In this document: positions 38,471 through 51,360 of the stretch, in pieces | Numbering within the stretch: position 1 is the first letter of the stretch | Layout of the letters: every line of letters starts with the position of its first letter | NCBI GenBank assembly: GCA_951406725.2 | Contig: OX597818.1 | Span: forward strand, 2,852,001 to 2,916,000 | DNA from: Octopus vulgaris | Taxonomy: Eukaryota | Direction of reading: 5' to 3' | DNA length: 64,000 nucleotides | The notes under the pieces: generated by a model | Told to the model about the DNA's origin: nothing | The model's database searches: none | Seen by the model: the letters and a program-made list of their open reading frames with translations, nothing else | Translations under genes and position numbers: made by a program

Positions 38471-41355
38471 TGTAGTGGTTCCAGACGCCATTTTGGGATT
38501 TTCATCCACGCATACACAGGGATTAGTCTTCTGGAAGGCCTGCCGGAAGCCCCTTATGCACATGCGCAGTCATCAGCAGCAGCTAGGCTTGACTGCTATT
38601 CTCTCTTTTCACCCCCTGCTGCCGACGGAGATGGATGCAACAAGGATCAGCTACGTGGAGATGGAATTCTGATGGTGAGCGATGTTGCAAGTCTGAGAAT
38701 GCCTTTGTATTTTGTGTCTGACTACTAACCTTGCTACTTCCACCCCCAAGGCGACAAGGCTACCGATGTTCAGAGATGAAATGCTTATTTCAGCGAAATA
38801 AATTATTATCATTATTTGTTCAGAGATTCTTGTTCCCGCTATTTTCCTTTCCATGACTATGTAAGGAATTGTGAGGCACCCATCAAGTGCTAACCTCACT
38901 TCCTACAATTGGTGACTCCAGACGAAGGACATTAGCAGTGAAGACTCTCTAGCGCCTGTTTTCACAGTGAAAGGAAAAACGGAGCTTATTCACTAACACC
39001 GAAATTACACGTCTGTCTGTGTCCACCCTATTTCTTCAACTGACATCAAGCCGCAACAATCTGGACAGAAGAAGACAGACCAACGCCAACATCACGTCCT
39101 ACAATGGTGGCCCCAGATGCAGAAAAGGATTTTTGGCAGCCACGAGATTTATAATGCAGATGCCTCACTATTTACTGAAAGTGGTGACCCCTGACGGGTT
39201 TTCTGACAGCAACAAGTTGTCATCGCATTATAAAATGCTTCAGCAAAATTATTATAACATGCCTCAGCCGAATCAACTTCTAGCAAGATGACCATCACCT
39301 TCCAGTCATCAAATCCTGCCACCACATTTGAATTGCACCATGTGGAAAGAGAATTTTTACCAGTTGCACACCATTTTCTGGTAATTTTTTCAACTGACAA
39401 CTGTTTTCGTACTAAAAGAACAGACTTCTCACAGCATTTCTCCTAGCTTCATTGTGTCTAGGATGCAAAAGTCTATTACGGAACTGCATCAGACACGGCA
39501 ATTGCTGCTGTTATTCTCTCTTCCTCAGCCGCGCATTGTATTGCATTTCTATCGGTTTTTATTTTTTCACTTTCCTTTGCATATCACTTCCTTTTTCAGG
39601 ACTTCATCTATGTATGTACATATTTTTTTGAATATTGTGTATATTATATGTTAACTTGTTTCAATATTCATACACACATGCACCACATTCTAATATTGTA
39701 ATCGTTTTCTTACCACTCTTGCAGGCTTACAACCCTAGCCTCTGCAAGCGACCCACCACTCTTGCAGGCTTACAACCCTAGCCACTGCAAGCGACCTACC
39801 AGTCTTGTGGACTAACAACATTTTTTTTTTCCACTGCAAGTCTGCAAGTGACTCACTGCCCTTGCAGGCAAATACTTGGCACTGCTCGTGTCTCAGCAGC
39901 CAACATTGCATTTCAAACATTTTGACTCTTGCATCCTGTGATTTCCAGTTTCCTGGACAGTTGTTATCACACTTGCATGTTAGACATTCTGCGTCTCAGA
40001 ATTTTGTTTTAACCTTTGCCTTTTCATGTATGTTTTGTACATATTCTGCAATCCTGCACACTGCCTCAGTTTTGTATTCACTGTCACATCCTGGCATCGC
40101 TGCCTCGGTGAAGCTTATTATGGCTCAGTTTTTCTGGCCTAATATGCGCCGGATAATCACCGATTGGGCACGCTCTTGTGTAAAATGTCAGTGTTCTAAA
40201 ATCCACAGGCATATTCGCGCTCCTCTTGGACAGTTTTCTCCCCCAGAGGCCCGTTTTTGCCATGTCCACATTGATCTGGTTGGACCATGGCCTGTGAATC
40301 GCGGGTTCTCTTATATCTTGACCTGTGTCAATCGTTTCTCTTGTTGGCCAGAAGCCATTCCAATAGCAGACATTTCTGCTGAATCTGTTGCTGAAGCTTT
40401 TGTCTCTAACTGGATTTTCCACTTCGGAGTTCCGTCCAGATTAACTACTGATCACAGACACCAGTTTGAAGCTTTTTTATTTCATGAATTGTCGCATGCA
40501 CCTTTGCCAACATCATCACCCACACATGCACCTTTGACATCCCCTCCACATGCACCTTTGACATCACCTCCACATGCACCTTTGACAACACCAGCACCTA
40601 CAACACCACCTTCATTGTCGCAACCTGCCTTGAGCAGATCTTATGTCACCAGGACTGGCCGAACTGTTCACTGGCCCAAGAAAATTGCAAAGACTATTTA
40701 CATTTGACATTCTCTATTGTATTTCCTGTGACAGACAGGTGTTCTTTTGTGTACTGGACATTTTCAATGTTTTGTTATTAAACATTTTGTAAAAATAAAA
40801 TTTTTTGTGCATGCTCATTTATATTGTGATTACATTTTCTTTTGAGTTGTCATATTTTGTGCCACATCTTCTGGGTAATCGGTAGCCATCTTATTTCTGG
40901 TGCCACTACAATCTTTCTATTTTCATGCCCCGCACTCAAGGGGGAGCCTTGTAGTGACACCTGGTCCCAGACGCCATTTTGGGATTTTCATCCATGCATG
41001 CACAGGGATTAGTCTTCCGGAAGCCCCTTATGTGCAGCGCAGTCATCAGCAGCAGCTAGGCTTGACCGCTATTCTCTCTCTTCGCCCCCTGCTGCTGATG
41101 GAGATGGATGCAACAAGGATCAGCTACGTGGAGATGGAATTCTGATAGAGAGTGACGTTGCGAGTCTGAGAATGCCTTCGTATTTTGTGCCTGCTTCCAC
41201 CCTCAAGGCCACCAGGCTACTGATGTCCGGAGATGAAATGCTTATTTCAGCGAAATAAATTATCATCGTTATTTGTTCAGAGATTCTTGTTCCCGCTATT
41301 TTCCTTTCCATGACTATGTAAGGAATTGTGAGGCACCCATCAAGTGCTAACTTCA
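38471..41355 (+). mobile_element. Internally deleted Gypsy-type LTR element with both LTRs (38471-38907, 40950-41355), nested in an RTE fragment
   Basis: Direct repeats starting TGTAGTG; PBS TGGTGACTCC; PPT AAGGGGGAG; integrase HPG..C..C and HIDLVGP in ORF 39805-40707; AAGT on both flanks; RTE LEV/INNFFYL rejoins across the element. Confidence 0.92.
40495..40590 (+). repeat. 24-bp minisatellite (HAPLTSPP)x4
   Basis: CATGCACCTTTG recurs every 24 bp. Confidence 0.9.
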
Positions 41356-42329
41356 AAGTCATCAATAATTTCTTTTACCTAGCTAATACAATTTGCAAAG
41401 GAGGTGGTTGTTCAGCATGTATAGTAGCAAGAATAAGAACAGGTAGGAAAAAGTTCAGGGAGCTATTATCTCTACTGGCAACAAAAGTTTTACTTAGAAT
41501 GGAAGATAGATTGTATGATGCTTGTATTAGAACTACGATGCTGCATATTAGTGACATAGACCTTGAATGCAAATGACTTGTGAAGACTAGAAAGAAATAA
41601 AGCCAGCATGGATGTGTAATGTTAGTGTGCATGAATACTAGAATTCAGATGAGCTGAGAGAAAAACCAGATATAAGAGTAATTAAGTATAGTGTGTGAGA
41701 GAGGAGACTGCTGGTACAGGCATATGATACATATAGGAGATGACTGTTGGATGAGTGTTCAAAGTACCAATTTACCAACCCACACATCTCCCTCTCTTTG
41801 ATTTTTCCCTGTCTACAGCATTAGTATTACTATTCTACTGTTCTTCACCCTTTTCTGAACTGCCAATCATCATTTACTCTCCACTACCTTCCCTCCAACT
41901 CATAGTGACTACCCCTTCACTCTTGTTCTCTATTCACTACATTTACCCCCTCAACCCTACCCAGTCAGATTCCCTTCATCTCATATTTACCATCAACCAC
42001 TCCTCCACATTGTTTGCCATTATCCTCGTTGTTATCATTTAATGTCTATTTTCCATGCTGACATGGTTTGGATGGCTCGGCAGGATGTATCTAGCAGAGG
42101 ACTGCATCAAGCTCTAATGTCTGCTTTAGCGTGGTTTTCAAACACCAATATCATAGTCACTTTTGTTTTTTTACTGCAAGTGTCCTCTCTGAAAGTTTGT
42201 CTGATTGTAAAATACGTGACTTCTTTGCCAATTTACTCACTCCCTGTTGCCATTTCACTGTTAAGACCGTGAACAGCTAGTCCTTTCTTATTGCTTAAAC
42301 ATTTGTACAATAAATATGTTGGCTGACAG

Positions 42330-42365
<36 letters not shown>

Positions 42366-42746
42366 ATGTGTGTGTGTATGTGTGTGTGTATGATTTTTCT
42401 TTAAGGTTAATTTAAGTGCTTGAGAGAGTTGAAGGTGGTTGCTAACAAAGCAACAAGACTTTTTATGTTAAGAGAATTCCTGGTGCTTGTAAATATGTGG
42501 GTGAGTTGGTTGAACTATCAATGCATGCACTGATAGTATCCAACTGTCCTATCCTTTTCCTGAGTCTGTTGATGTTTTTACATTGGTTAAAGTTTCCCTT
42601 GGTTTTACTAAAGAATCGTGCATATTATTGTATAATATATTTTGCATATTCATTCATAGAAATAACAAAAGAAACCAACTTTAAAATAACAGTGGGACTT
42701 TATTCCTTCATAAAGTAGCACAGTAGATCAAAGCAAGAAATATTAC

Positions 42747-43362
42747 AAATTTTGTTGGTTGTTGTCCATCCATCATCCTTCAGCTTAAGTCATCATTGGT
42801 TAAAGGTTATATATCAATATCTGTTATATATCAATTCTCCTCTAAAAATGGCAGAATCTGCATAACTTGTCTTAATGAAAAACTCTCACCCCTCTGACTC
42901 ATAAATAATTTGTTGCACTAATTTATGGAAAAAAAGAGGTTCCAGAGCACATACAAGATTGGTTGTTTGAAAAATATTATATGCAACATGACTGGATCTC
43001 CAATCCAATTCCCAAGCAACACTCAACTAATCACAACACAGGGTTCAATAAATGTCCAATAACTCATTTGATAGGTATGTTAACCAATTACTAGAGATTA
43101 GTGTAATGAGCCTATATAAATTAACTTAATGTTTTCAAATACGCAATAATAGAATTTGATCTCGCAACATCACCCTGGAACTAGTGTGATTCTCACAAGA
43201 GAACTACAAACATCTTATAAAAATGTAAAATCAAAATAGGTGTAACAGAAAAAAGATGTACAAATATGAATACAAAAAAGACAGTGAGAACAACATTGTC
43301 CATAATCATAATTCGTAGACACAAAATGGTGCAAAAACAAACAAAAAGGAAAAGTTTGTAGA
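42747..43362 (-). pseudogene. Three candidate exons (43197-43362, ~42930-43111, 42747-42841), TM4/TM5-like
   Basis: TTTTTCTTTTTAG|G...TT|GTGAGA bounds a 166-nt open exon (GLQTFPFVCFCTILCL...VFFVFIF); an 85-nt intron joins it in phase to LITLISSNWLTYL; frameshift into SYWTFIEPCVV. Confidence 0.5.
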
Positions 43363-43461
43363 CCTAAAAAGAAAAATTTATGTGGAACAGTTCAGCATGA
43401 AAGTGTTTAGGATAAATTATTTACTGCATTTTTGACTTTAAGAAAAAATATTTTTATAAAT

Positions 43462-43720
43462 AGGGAGAGTTTACAAAATAAACAACAAAAGACAAAGACA
43501 GGTGGTGTACAAAACAAACAGATGTATTAGTATAATGCTCAAGAATCATTAGCCACTACACACATTTTTCTCTCCTTGTTTTTTCTGTCCCTTTCTGTAG
43601 AAGAGCGTAGGCTCGAAATGTGAAAGACTTTTTCTATTCCTGAGCATTATACTAATACATCTGTTTGTTTTGTACACCACCTGTCTTCGTCTTTTGTTTT
43701 TTCGTAAACTCTCCCTATAT
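43462..43720. mobile_element. Solo Penelope pLTR with inverted partial copy
   Basis: 43462-43546 is the reverse complement of 43636-43720; the spacer holds a hammerhead-like motif at 43591-43626. Confidence 0.8.
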
Positions 43721-44044
43721 ATATTACACGCTCACGTGGTCGCACATGTTGATCCTGTCATCCCTTACCACTATGAACTTCTCCACTGGACTCTTTATCT
43801 AATCTTTATCTACTTATTATCTACCATTTACGGATTCATTTGGATATTTACCTTCCGGCTGCACCTCTCCTACATACGGATCACAGTGGACTCTATTTTT
43901 ATAAATGTTTACAACCTAAAAATATACATCAGCTAAGCATATGACCTTCTCCTAATGCATTAAAAACCCTATAATATATTCAGAACACTATTTCAGAAAA
44001 TTATCCCCATTCTCAAAGAGAATATAAAAGGCAGTCCACTTATG

Positions 44045-44580
44045 CGTACCTTTCCTTCATTGGACACTAAACTCTGCTTGCAAAGACCTGTTGAGGCAAG
44101 TGAAATCAAAATCAAATTCGATGACTGGCATCCATGCAAGTGGAGAGCTAAGAGCACAATCAGAGTGTGATCGTTGCCAGAGCTTCCATGCCGGTGGCAT
44201 GTAAAAAAAGCACCATTCAAATGTGATCATTACCAGCATCGCCTTACTGACACTTGTGCCGGTGGCACATGAAAAAACATTTGAGCAAGGTCATTGCCAG
44301 TGCCGCTGGACTGGCTCCTGTGTAGGTGGCACATAAAAAACACCATTTGAGTGTGACCATTGCCAGTACCGCCTGACTGGCCCTCATGCCGGTGACACGT
44401 AAAAGCACCCACTACACTCTCGGAGTGGTTGGCATTAGGAAGGGCATCCAGCTGTAGAAACTCTACCAGATCAGATTGGAGCCTGGTGCAGCCATCTGGT
44501 TTGCCAGTCCTCAGTCAAATTGTCCAACTTATACTAGCATGGAAAGCGGATGTTAAATGATGATGATGATGATGATGATG
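44045..44580 (+). mobile_element. RTE 3' UTR insertion with repeat array
   Basis: Four GGTGGCAC(A/G)TAAAAA-type units, then the conserved 3' end and (GAT)n. Confidence 0.88.
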
Positions 44581-44784
44581 TATTTCATTGTTTGATTACA
44601 GCTACGATCTTTTCAAAAAAGGTTAATTCTTTGCATTTACTCAAATAAAATATCCATTTCTTTTACCAGGCTTGCATTAACAACAAAGATTATAGGAGAC
44701 AGTATTCATTATCCAGGTGAATGAATAGTCCTCTATGCCAGCATGTGTTCAATGCCATGTTGTATGTATGTATGTCATTAATCA

Positions 44785-45440
44785 ATATTATTTCAAGATT
44801 TCTTGCCAATAGAGAAAGAGCCAATTTCTAACCTAGATCCAAGACTCCTTCAATGGAATTTCAATAACATAAGGGTGTTTTTGTATGTATGTCTTCTCAT
44901 GCATATACTTGCATATCTAGACAGGCTCATATATACTTAAATGATAAACTTCTGGAAACATTTTTACAGTTCCACTGATGGATTGGATCTATAGTCCTTG
45001 AATCAGATTTCTGCTTTCTAGTTTTGAGAAGCCTAATTTCTCAAAATTGGTATTTAGGCAGTATGTTACATATCTCAGTGCCCGAATAATTACAGATATA
45101 AACCTGAACTTGTAATCTGGATAGAATAATTGCAGATTTCTCAATAGTTCAGCAAAGATATTCTCTTTTTCACTGATCTTCAGCTTTATGTTAACATCCA
45201 TTGGGCAGCTAATTTCCACAACTGTACACAGTTTCTATCCTCTGTCCCAAATCATTATATCAGGTCTGTTGTGCTTACACTTTGAGATTTTCATTGGGAT
45301 ATTCCACTAGTGCCCCTTTTTATTATGAGTGGCTATGGCTTCTACCGTACTGTGGGTTCTTATTTCTTTGTCCTCGGGGTTATCCTGCCAATGGATTTCA
45401 TTATATGGTGTTCTAGCTACAACATCATGTCTCATCAGTA
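44785..45440 (-). mobile_element. R4/Dong-like LINE 3' portion (RLE endonuclease)
   Basis: RHDVVA, KHNRPDIMIWD and VEISCP: PD-(D/E)-type restriction-like endonuclease motifs. Confidence 0.85.
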
Positions 45441-45869
45441 GATATGTATGCATGCATGTATGTATGTATGTATGTATGTATGTATGTATGTATGTATGTA
45501 TGTATGTACGTACATACATATGTATGTACATAAAATTACTAAATATTGTTAGTATATACTTAGAGTCATGAACAGTTAGTCTTTTTCATATTGCTTAAAT
45601 GTTTCTACAATAAATATGTTGGCTGACAGTGTTGTATGCGTGTGTGTGTGTGTATGTATGTATTTACTAAATTTGTATATCTTGATACATTTCTGACCTC
45701 ATCCATCTCTATCTCACTCTGTTTCTTCTTTCTTTCAAACACTTCTTCCTCTTTATTCTTTTCATACTGGGGTTGCCAAGTATCTCCTCTATCATAAGAC
45801 ACCTCTCTCTATCCTTCTATTATACTTTAACCTCTAAATAGCACAGACATGTTACTCTTCTAGCCAAGG

Positions 45870-48170
45870 GATCTTTGTCTTCCAAGTTACTTGGCAACCC
45901 AGCTGGTATTGGTGCCATGTAAAAAGCACCAGTGCTGGTACCACAGAGGCTTCTAACATGAAGGAGGAGGAGTTGGAGACATATAGCTTACATGACAACT
46001 AGAAGCTCCTTTTGGAGAACCTACTGAGGGTTACAGATCAAATTTGTGACAGGTGCAACGTCCCAGCCAGGCTGAGGGTGATATAAAGGTGGAACAAGGA
46101 GGTAGACATCACAATTAAAGTAAAAAGACAGGCCTGGAAAGACTAGAAAATTGGTGGTAGTAGTGAGGGGAAGAAAAGCAACAGGTTTACATAGCAAAAA
46201 GAAAAGCAAAAAGTAAGAGATTTGCCAATGCTTTAAAACATGAAGATCAAAGTGGTGAGATGTTCTAGATTGCAAAGCAGTGTATCAGGAAGAATAGAGA
46301 TGTTGTAGGTAAGAAATGTGTGTAAATGGATAATGGTATGCTGAGAAGAAAAAGGCCACTATAAAAGGCTGCCAAATGTGGAGAATGCATGGAAAAAGGA
46401 GAGTTTTTCAAATATGGACCCAACTGAGAGATCAGCTATCCAAGTTGACAGTAGTAAAGCAATTATGGATATGAAGACAGGGAAAGCTCTTGGACCATCA
46501 GGAATCACTACTGCAATGCTTAAAATATCTTGTAGAGTAGGATACAACCTAGTCACCCGTATAGTTAATCAGGTTATCTAGGAAGGTGTCATCCCCAATG
46601 ATTGATGGAGTAGCATTGTAACTTGCTGCTACAAAGGTGAAAATGGTGCCTCAGAAACAATTACAGAGGTATCAAACAGCTGGGTCAGGTCATGAAAGTC
46701 ACAGAGAAAGTTATAGACAATTAATTAGGAATAGAATTAAATTAGATGTCTTGTGCCAGGAAAGTACTCTTCCTAGTGAGATAGCTGCAGAAGAATCTAG
46801 CCAAAAGTAAACCATTGTACATGGCTTTCATCAACCAGCAGAACTCTTTTGACAGAGTCCTTCATTCTGTTATCTGCTGATCTCTAAGGAATTTAGGAGT
46901 AGAGGAGTGGCTTGTTAGAGCCGTACCATCCATGTTTAAGGGTGCTGCCAGTAGAGTGAGAGTTAGCCATGAGTACAGTGACAAATTTATTGTACAAGTA
47001 GGAGTTTACCAGGGATTAGTTCTCAGTCCCTTCTTATTTATGAAATCTAAACCATAACAGAAATTCCAGGTGCGGAAAAAAATGCCTCAAACAATCTAGT
47101 GAAGACCAAAGTTGTTAGCAAGAAAACGGATAAGACTCTTTCAGTCAGGTAAATGGCCCTACGCAATAAGTAGGAAAGATGTTATAAGGAATTCCATTCA
47201 CTGCACCCAGTGGAAGCTATGGACACATAAGAGATGCAGTGGAATCACAGGTAGATTAGCAGAGAAAGTAGTCTTTGTATGTGGCAGATATGTAGGAACA
47301 ATAAACACTAAGGACACATGGGAATTAGATTTTCCTTGAGATTGTAGATAGTTTCTGTTACCCAAGTGATCAAATTAGTGGTGTAGGAGGATGTTCTGAA
47401 AGTATTGTTACTAGAATAAGAATAGAATAGGATGGAAGAAGTTCAGACAACTATTACCTTTGTAACAACAAAAGGCTCAGAGTGAAAGGCTGATTGTATG
47501 AATGGCTATGCTCCACAGTAGTGAGACATGGACCCTGAATACAGAGGACATGTGATGACTGGAAAGGAATAAAACTAGTGTGCTCCAATGTATATGCAAC
47601 AAAGTGCAAATGTGCTGAGAGAAAAGTTGGTCATAAGAGGAAAGTTGGCCAGCAGGGAAGATGGCTGTTAAATGATGATGGTGATGATACCCCATCACTA
47701 CCTATCTTTAATCATTCATTACTTTCCCCAAATGCTCTTGCACCCTCTAATCACCCACCCTTCCTCTTCATCTATCTCTACCCACTTCTATTTACCTTCT
47801 TGCACATTGAGGACTCGTCCTAGTAATCACCATCTTTATCTTTTTTCCAGCTCCACTCTGCTGTTCTGTCCACTTCTTTCATACTTTAATATCTGATCAC
47901 CTAATATAAAGCTGTCTCTCTCTTTACTGCATTGCCACTCAACTGAAGGGGATTTTAGTCTTCTGATCTTTGAGTAACTTCACTAGTGCTGGTGCCATAA
48001 AAAAACGTATCTAATACAGTCTGTAAAGCAGTTGCATTAGGAAAGGTATCCAGTTGTAGAAACCATGCTAAAGTGGGCACTGGAGTATAGCACAGTTCTA
48101 CAACCTGTCAGATCCTACTGAAGCATCCAATCCATGTCAGCATGGTAGACTATAAAAGATGATGATGATA
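45870..48170 (+). mobile_element. Old degenerate RTE LINE
   Basis: MKTGKALGPSGIT and WTHKRCSGI; tail remnants at ~47670 and ~48160. Confidence 0.8.
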
Positions 48171-48294
48171 TACTTTTAGTCTTCAGTGAAGGATCCATGT
48201 AGCTGGTGCAGCAATTATTCTCCAGTTAGCAATAAGAAACTTTTTAGGAATCTCTTGTTAAATGAAGATGTTATAATTTTATGTCAAATAAAGT

Positions 48295-48573
48295 GTGCAT
48301 TTCCTTGGTTCATATGATTTAGGTATGTTGTTGTAGTAATTCCCCTCTCTACAGCACTGCATTGATGATCTGGTTGCATCATGTATATGTCCCTCCTGTA
48401 CAAATAACAATCAGAATGGCCTTTTCTACAGAACTCTTCATCTATTAGAGTTTCACCAGTCCTACATTATTGTGCATCTCATCATGTCCAATGAAAATAT
48501 GCATCTAGCTTTTATCTTGTAAATCCTCAACTAAGTTTCCCTATCCAGCTCTAAGTCATCTTAAGAATTATAC
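48295..48573 (-). pseudogene. Candidate exon, PLAT-domain-like
   Basis: TTTGTCTTGCTAG acceptor; MHIFIGHD...TLIDEEFCRKGHSDCYLY resembles PLAT L.D...F.RG..D.FL; frameshifted. Confidence 0.3.
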
Positions 48574-48661
48574 CTAGCAAGACAAACTGAGTAGCAATGA
48601 AGTGAATCATCAACCAAACATATTGATATGGAGGTCAGTTCAGTTCAGAAAATAAGAGTGC

Positions 48662-49637
48662 TGTGACCTACTTTTGTGATTTGGTGTCAAGCAGCCGGGT
48701 AAATCTTTTGTTATGCCAGTTTCTGGGGAAATTTATGTATTTAGGAAGTGACCTTTAGCCCTGTGCCGGTCAAGGAAAGTTTAAGAGACCACCCTTTAAA
48801 ATGCGATGCGCTGGGAGTTTGTCAGTCAGTCGGCAGTAGGGATTGCAAGCAGTCGGCCGTCAGTTTTGGCCAGAGACCGGAGTGACACGGACGGTAAGCC
48901 AGGAAGGTGTCGATGGGAAAGGCAACTACATCGTTGAGAAAGACAGACAGGAATGTGAGATATAACAAGCGAGAGGATGACAGCGTAGAGGAAAACAGAC
49001 AGATAAGCATTGGGAACATGTGGAGCAAGAGAGAGGGATTACGGCATGAAGGCATTGGCTATTCGTAGTGGGAGTTTCTGAAATTGTTGTAACTAGAAAC
49101 TGTAACGGTATGTGTTGTTTATGTTTTGATGTGAATTGTGTTAAAAAGAGTTGTTAAAGAAAAGAGAATTGATGTGAAAAAAAAAGAGAAAGAAGGAAAG
49201 AGGAAAAAGAAAGAACTGTGTTGAAAAGAAAAAGAAAGAGAGGGACTAATGTAGAACATTGAACTGATTTGAACTGTTGTCTCTGAACTGTATCGTGAAC
49301 ATTATCTGATTTGAACATTGAATTGTATCTGCATGTTTTGATTTGTTGTTTTCTTGTTTTCTTGCATGTATTTTCTTTGATGTTGTAATGATTGTCATAA
49401 ACTGTTGTTAAATGTAAGCCAATTGCCTTCCGCTGTCTCTCTCTGTATCTCTTCCTGCTGTTGTTGTTGTTGTTCTCTCCGGTCGCCAGTTGCCGGGTTC
49501 GCTGCCATTCTCTCCCACCGAATTCTCTCTTTCCCTGGCAAATTCCCCGTTCGATCGAGCTGGTCAATCGTCGTCGCTCGACTTGGTAGGGTCCCGGGTT
49601 TCCGAAGAGTTTGAGCGACGGCAGGTGATTCGTAACA
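48662..49637. mobile_element. Possible solo LTR or 5' end of an unidentified retroelement
   Basis: CpG-richer island bounded by TG...GTAACA; no convincing TSD or ORF. Confidence 0.35.
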
Positions 49638-49651
49638 ATATTCTGCTATAT

Positions 49652-49694
<43 letters not shown>

Positions 49695-49699
49695 GTTAT

Positions 49700-50270
49700 G
49701 GTATATTCTGTTAAGAACATAGTAGAGTACAGTATAAAGCTCATCCACCATCAGATTTCACATTGTGCTATCCAGTAGTGGTATTATACGTACATCCAGG
49801 TTTGCATTTGGGCTTCTGTTGTGTGTGAATAGATAACTGAAAACATTAGTAGTCAACAAGGAGTACATTTAGACATTTATTTTCAATCACTACAATTGTT
49901 TCTACACAACATAGTTCTCCAAGTGTGTGGGTACTTGATTATGCAACCATTTCTCAGCATTATGAGATCTAGTTGTGCTTCCTCAGATGATATGCAAATA
50001 TTGTCTTTGTAAGTTCAAATTCTTGACTTCAAAACCATCCTCTCTATCTGTCGTGGCCTGAAGTTGGTAGTAGCCACTGAGTTTATTAAGGTGTGATGTT
50101 GCTGAAGGGCCATTGGCAAACTGTTTTGAATGTGTAGATCAAAGGGGATGGTGATTCTGCTACTGTTAAAGTGGTTGGCATTTAGTTTCTTTGTACTGTT
50201 GGTTTGTTCTTCATGGCTGGTTACACATGTGATTATCCTTAGCTGATCTTTAAGAATCAGCCCATACATA
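49700..50270 (-). mobile_element. Penelope-like 3' end
   Basis: GIY-YIG C-terminal-like remnant (ANHFN...R.IE) directly followed by a hammerhead motif. Confidence 0.55.
49886..49991 (-). ncRNA. Type I hammerhead ribozyme motif with extended stem II
   Basis: ATCAT-CTGAGGA-A-GCACAAC...GTTGTGT-A-GAAA-CAATTG-TA-GTGAT; palindromic ACAATTGT; GUA triplet. Confidence 0.72.
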
Positions 50271-50419
50271 CACTTACATGGTCATTCACATATACATCAA
50301 ATATACAAACTAACACTCAGACACACACACACACAGATATGTATTTTCACTCACATACACATATACAAATATATGTACATATATACACACACACTCATAT
50401 ATACATACACAGATGTGCA

Positions 50420-50461
<42 letters not shown>

Positions 50462-50465
<4 letters not shown>

Positions 50466-51360
50466 AACGTTGGCACTCTGAAAGGTAGGTCTGGTGAGAT
50501 AGTTGAGATGCTTGAACGGAGATGTGTGGATATATGTTGCATGCAAGAAATAAGGTGGAGAGGAGGATCAGCTAGGTTCCTCACAGGCAAGGAACGCAGG
50601 TACAAGATTTTCTGGGCAGGGAACACTGACGGGGTTGGTGGCGTGGGTATACTTATCGCTGAGAAATGGGTAGATAAAGTAATTGAGGTAATCAGAGTAT
50701 GTGACAGAATACTTAAGATTAGATTAGTGCTTCATCATAGTTTAGCAACCATTATATCAGCCTATGCTCCTCAGTCGGGGCTACCCGATGGACAGAAAGA
50801 CCGATTCTATGACACTCTACTGCAGACTACCTCGTTGACGAACGACAGAGACCTTATCTTTGTGGCTGGTGACTTCAATGGTCACGTTGGACGACATGCT
50901 GGGGGCTTCCATGGCGTACATGGAGGCTATGGCTATGGCTCCCGCAACGAGGAGGGAACCAGGCTGCTGGAGTTCTGCGATGCAAATAATCTTATGATTT
51001 GCAACACTAACTTCAGGAAACCTACCAGCCACCTAGTCACTTACCAATCGGGCCAACATACCAGCCAAATTGACTACATCCTTACAAGGCAAAGGGAGAG
51101 ATGGCTGCTTATAAATGCCAAAACCTTCCCACGTGAAGAATGTACCCCACAACATAGACTGGTAGTTAGTGACTTTAGGATCAGGACTAGGAGGACAACC
51201 AGAAGACGACAAATATGGAGAAGAAGGATCTGGAAGCTTAAAGATCCTGCAAATGGACAGAGATTTAGGGACATATTACTTGAAGCCTCTGACGAAGTAG
51301 AAGGGGATAGAGCATCACAGGGGGTAGAAGACAGCTGGACGTTTCTAAGGGACAACCTGG
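50462..51360 (+). mobile_element. RTE APE endonuclease segment, uninterrupted ~300 codons
   Basis: NVGTL, MQEIRW, GVGIL, SAYAPQ, AGDFNGHVG, QIDYIL, QHRLVV; truncated at both ends. Confidence 0.92.

Noticed and set aside
39805-40707. 300-aa ORF as a host gene
   Set aside because: A truncated Gypsy integrase fused by chance to non-coding sequence and a 24-bp minisatellite
42406-42500. Plus-strand AG...GTGAGT exon-like segment
   Set aside because: Stops in all three frames and a homologous copy at ~16525-16625, so a dispersed repeat
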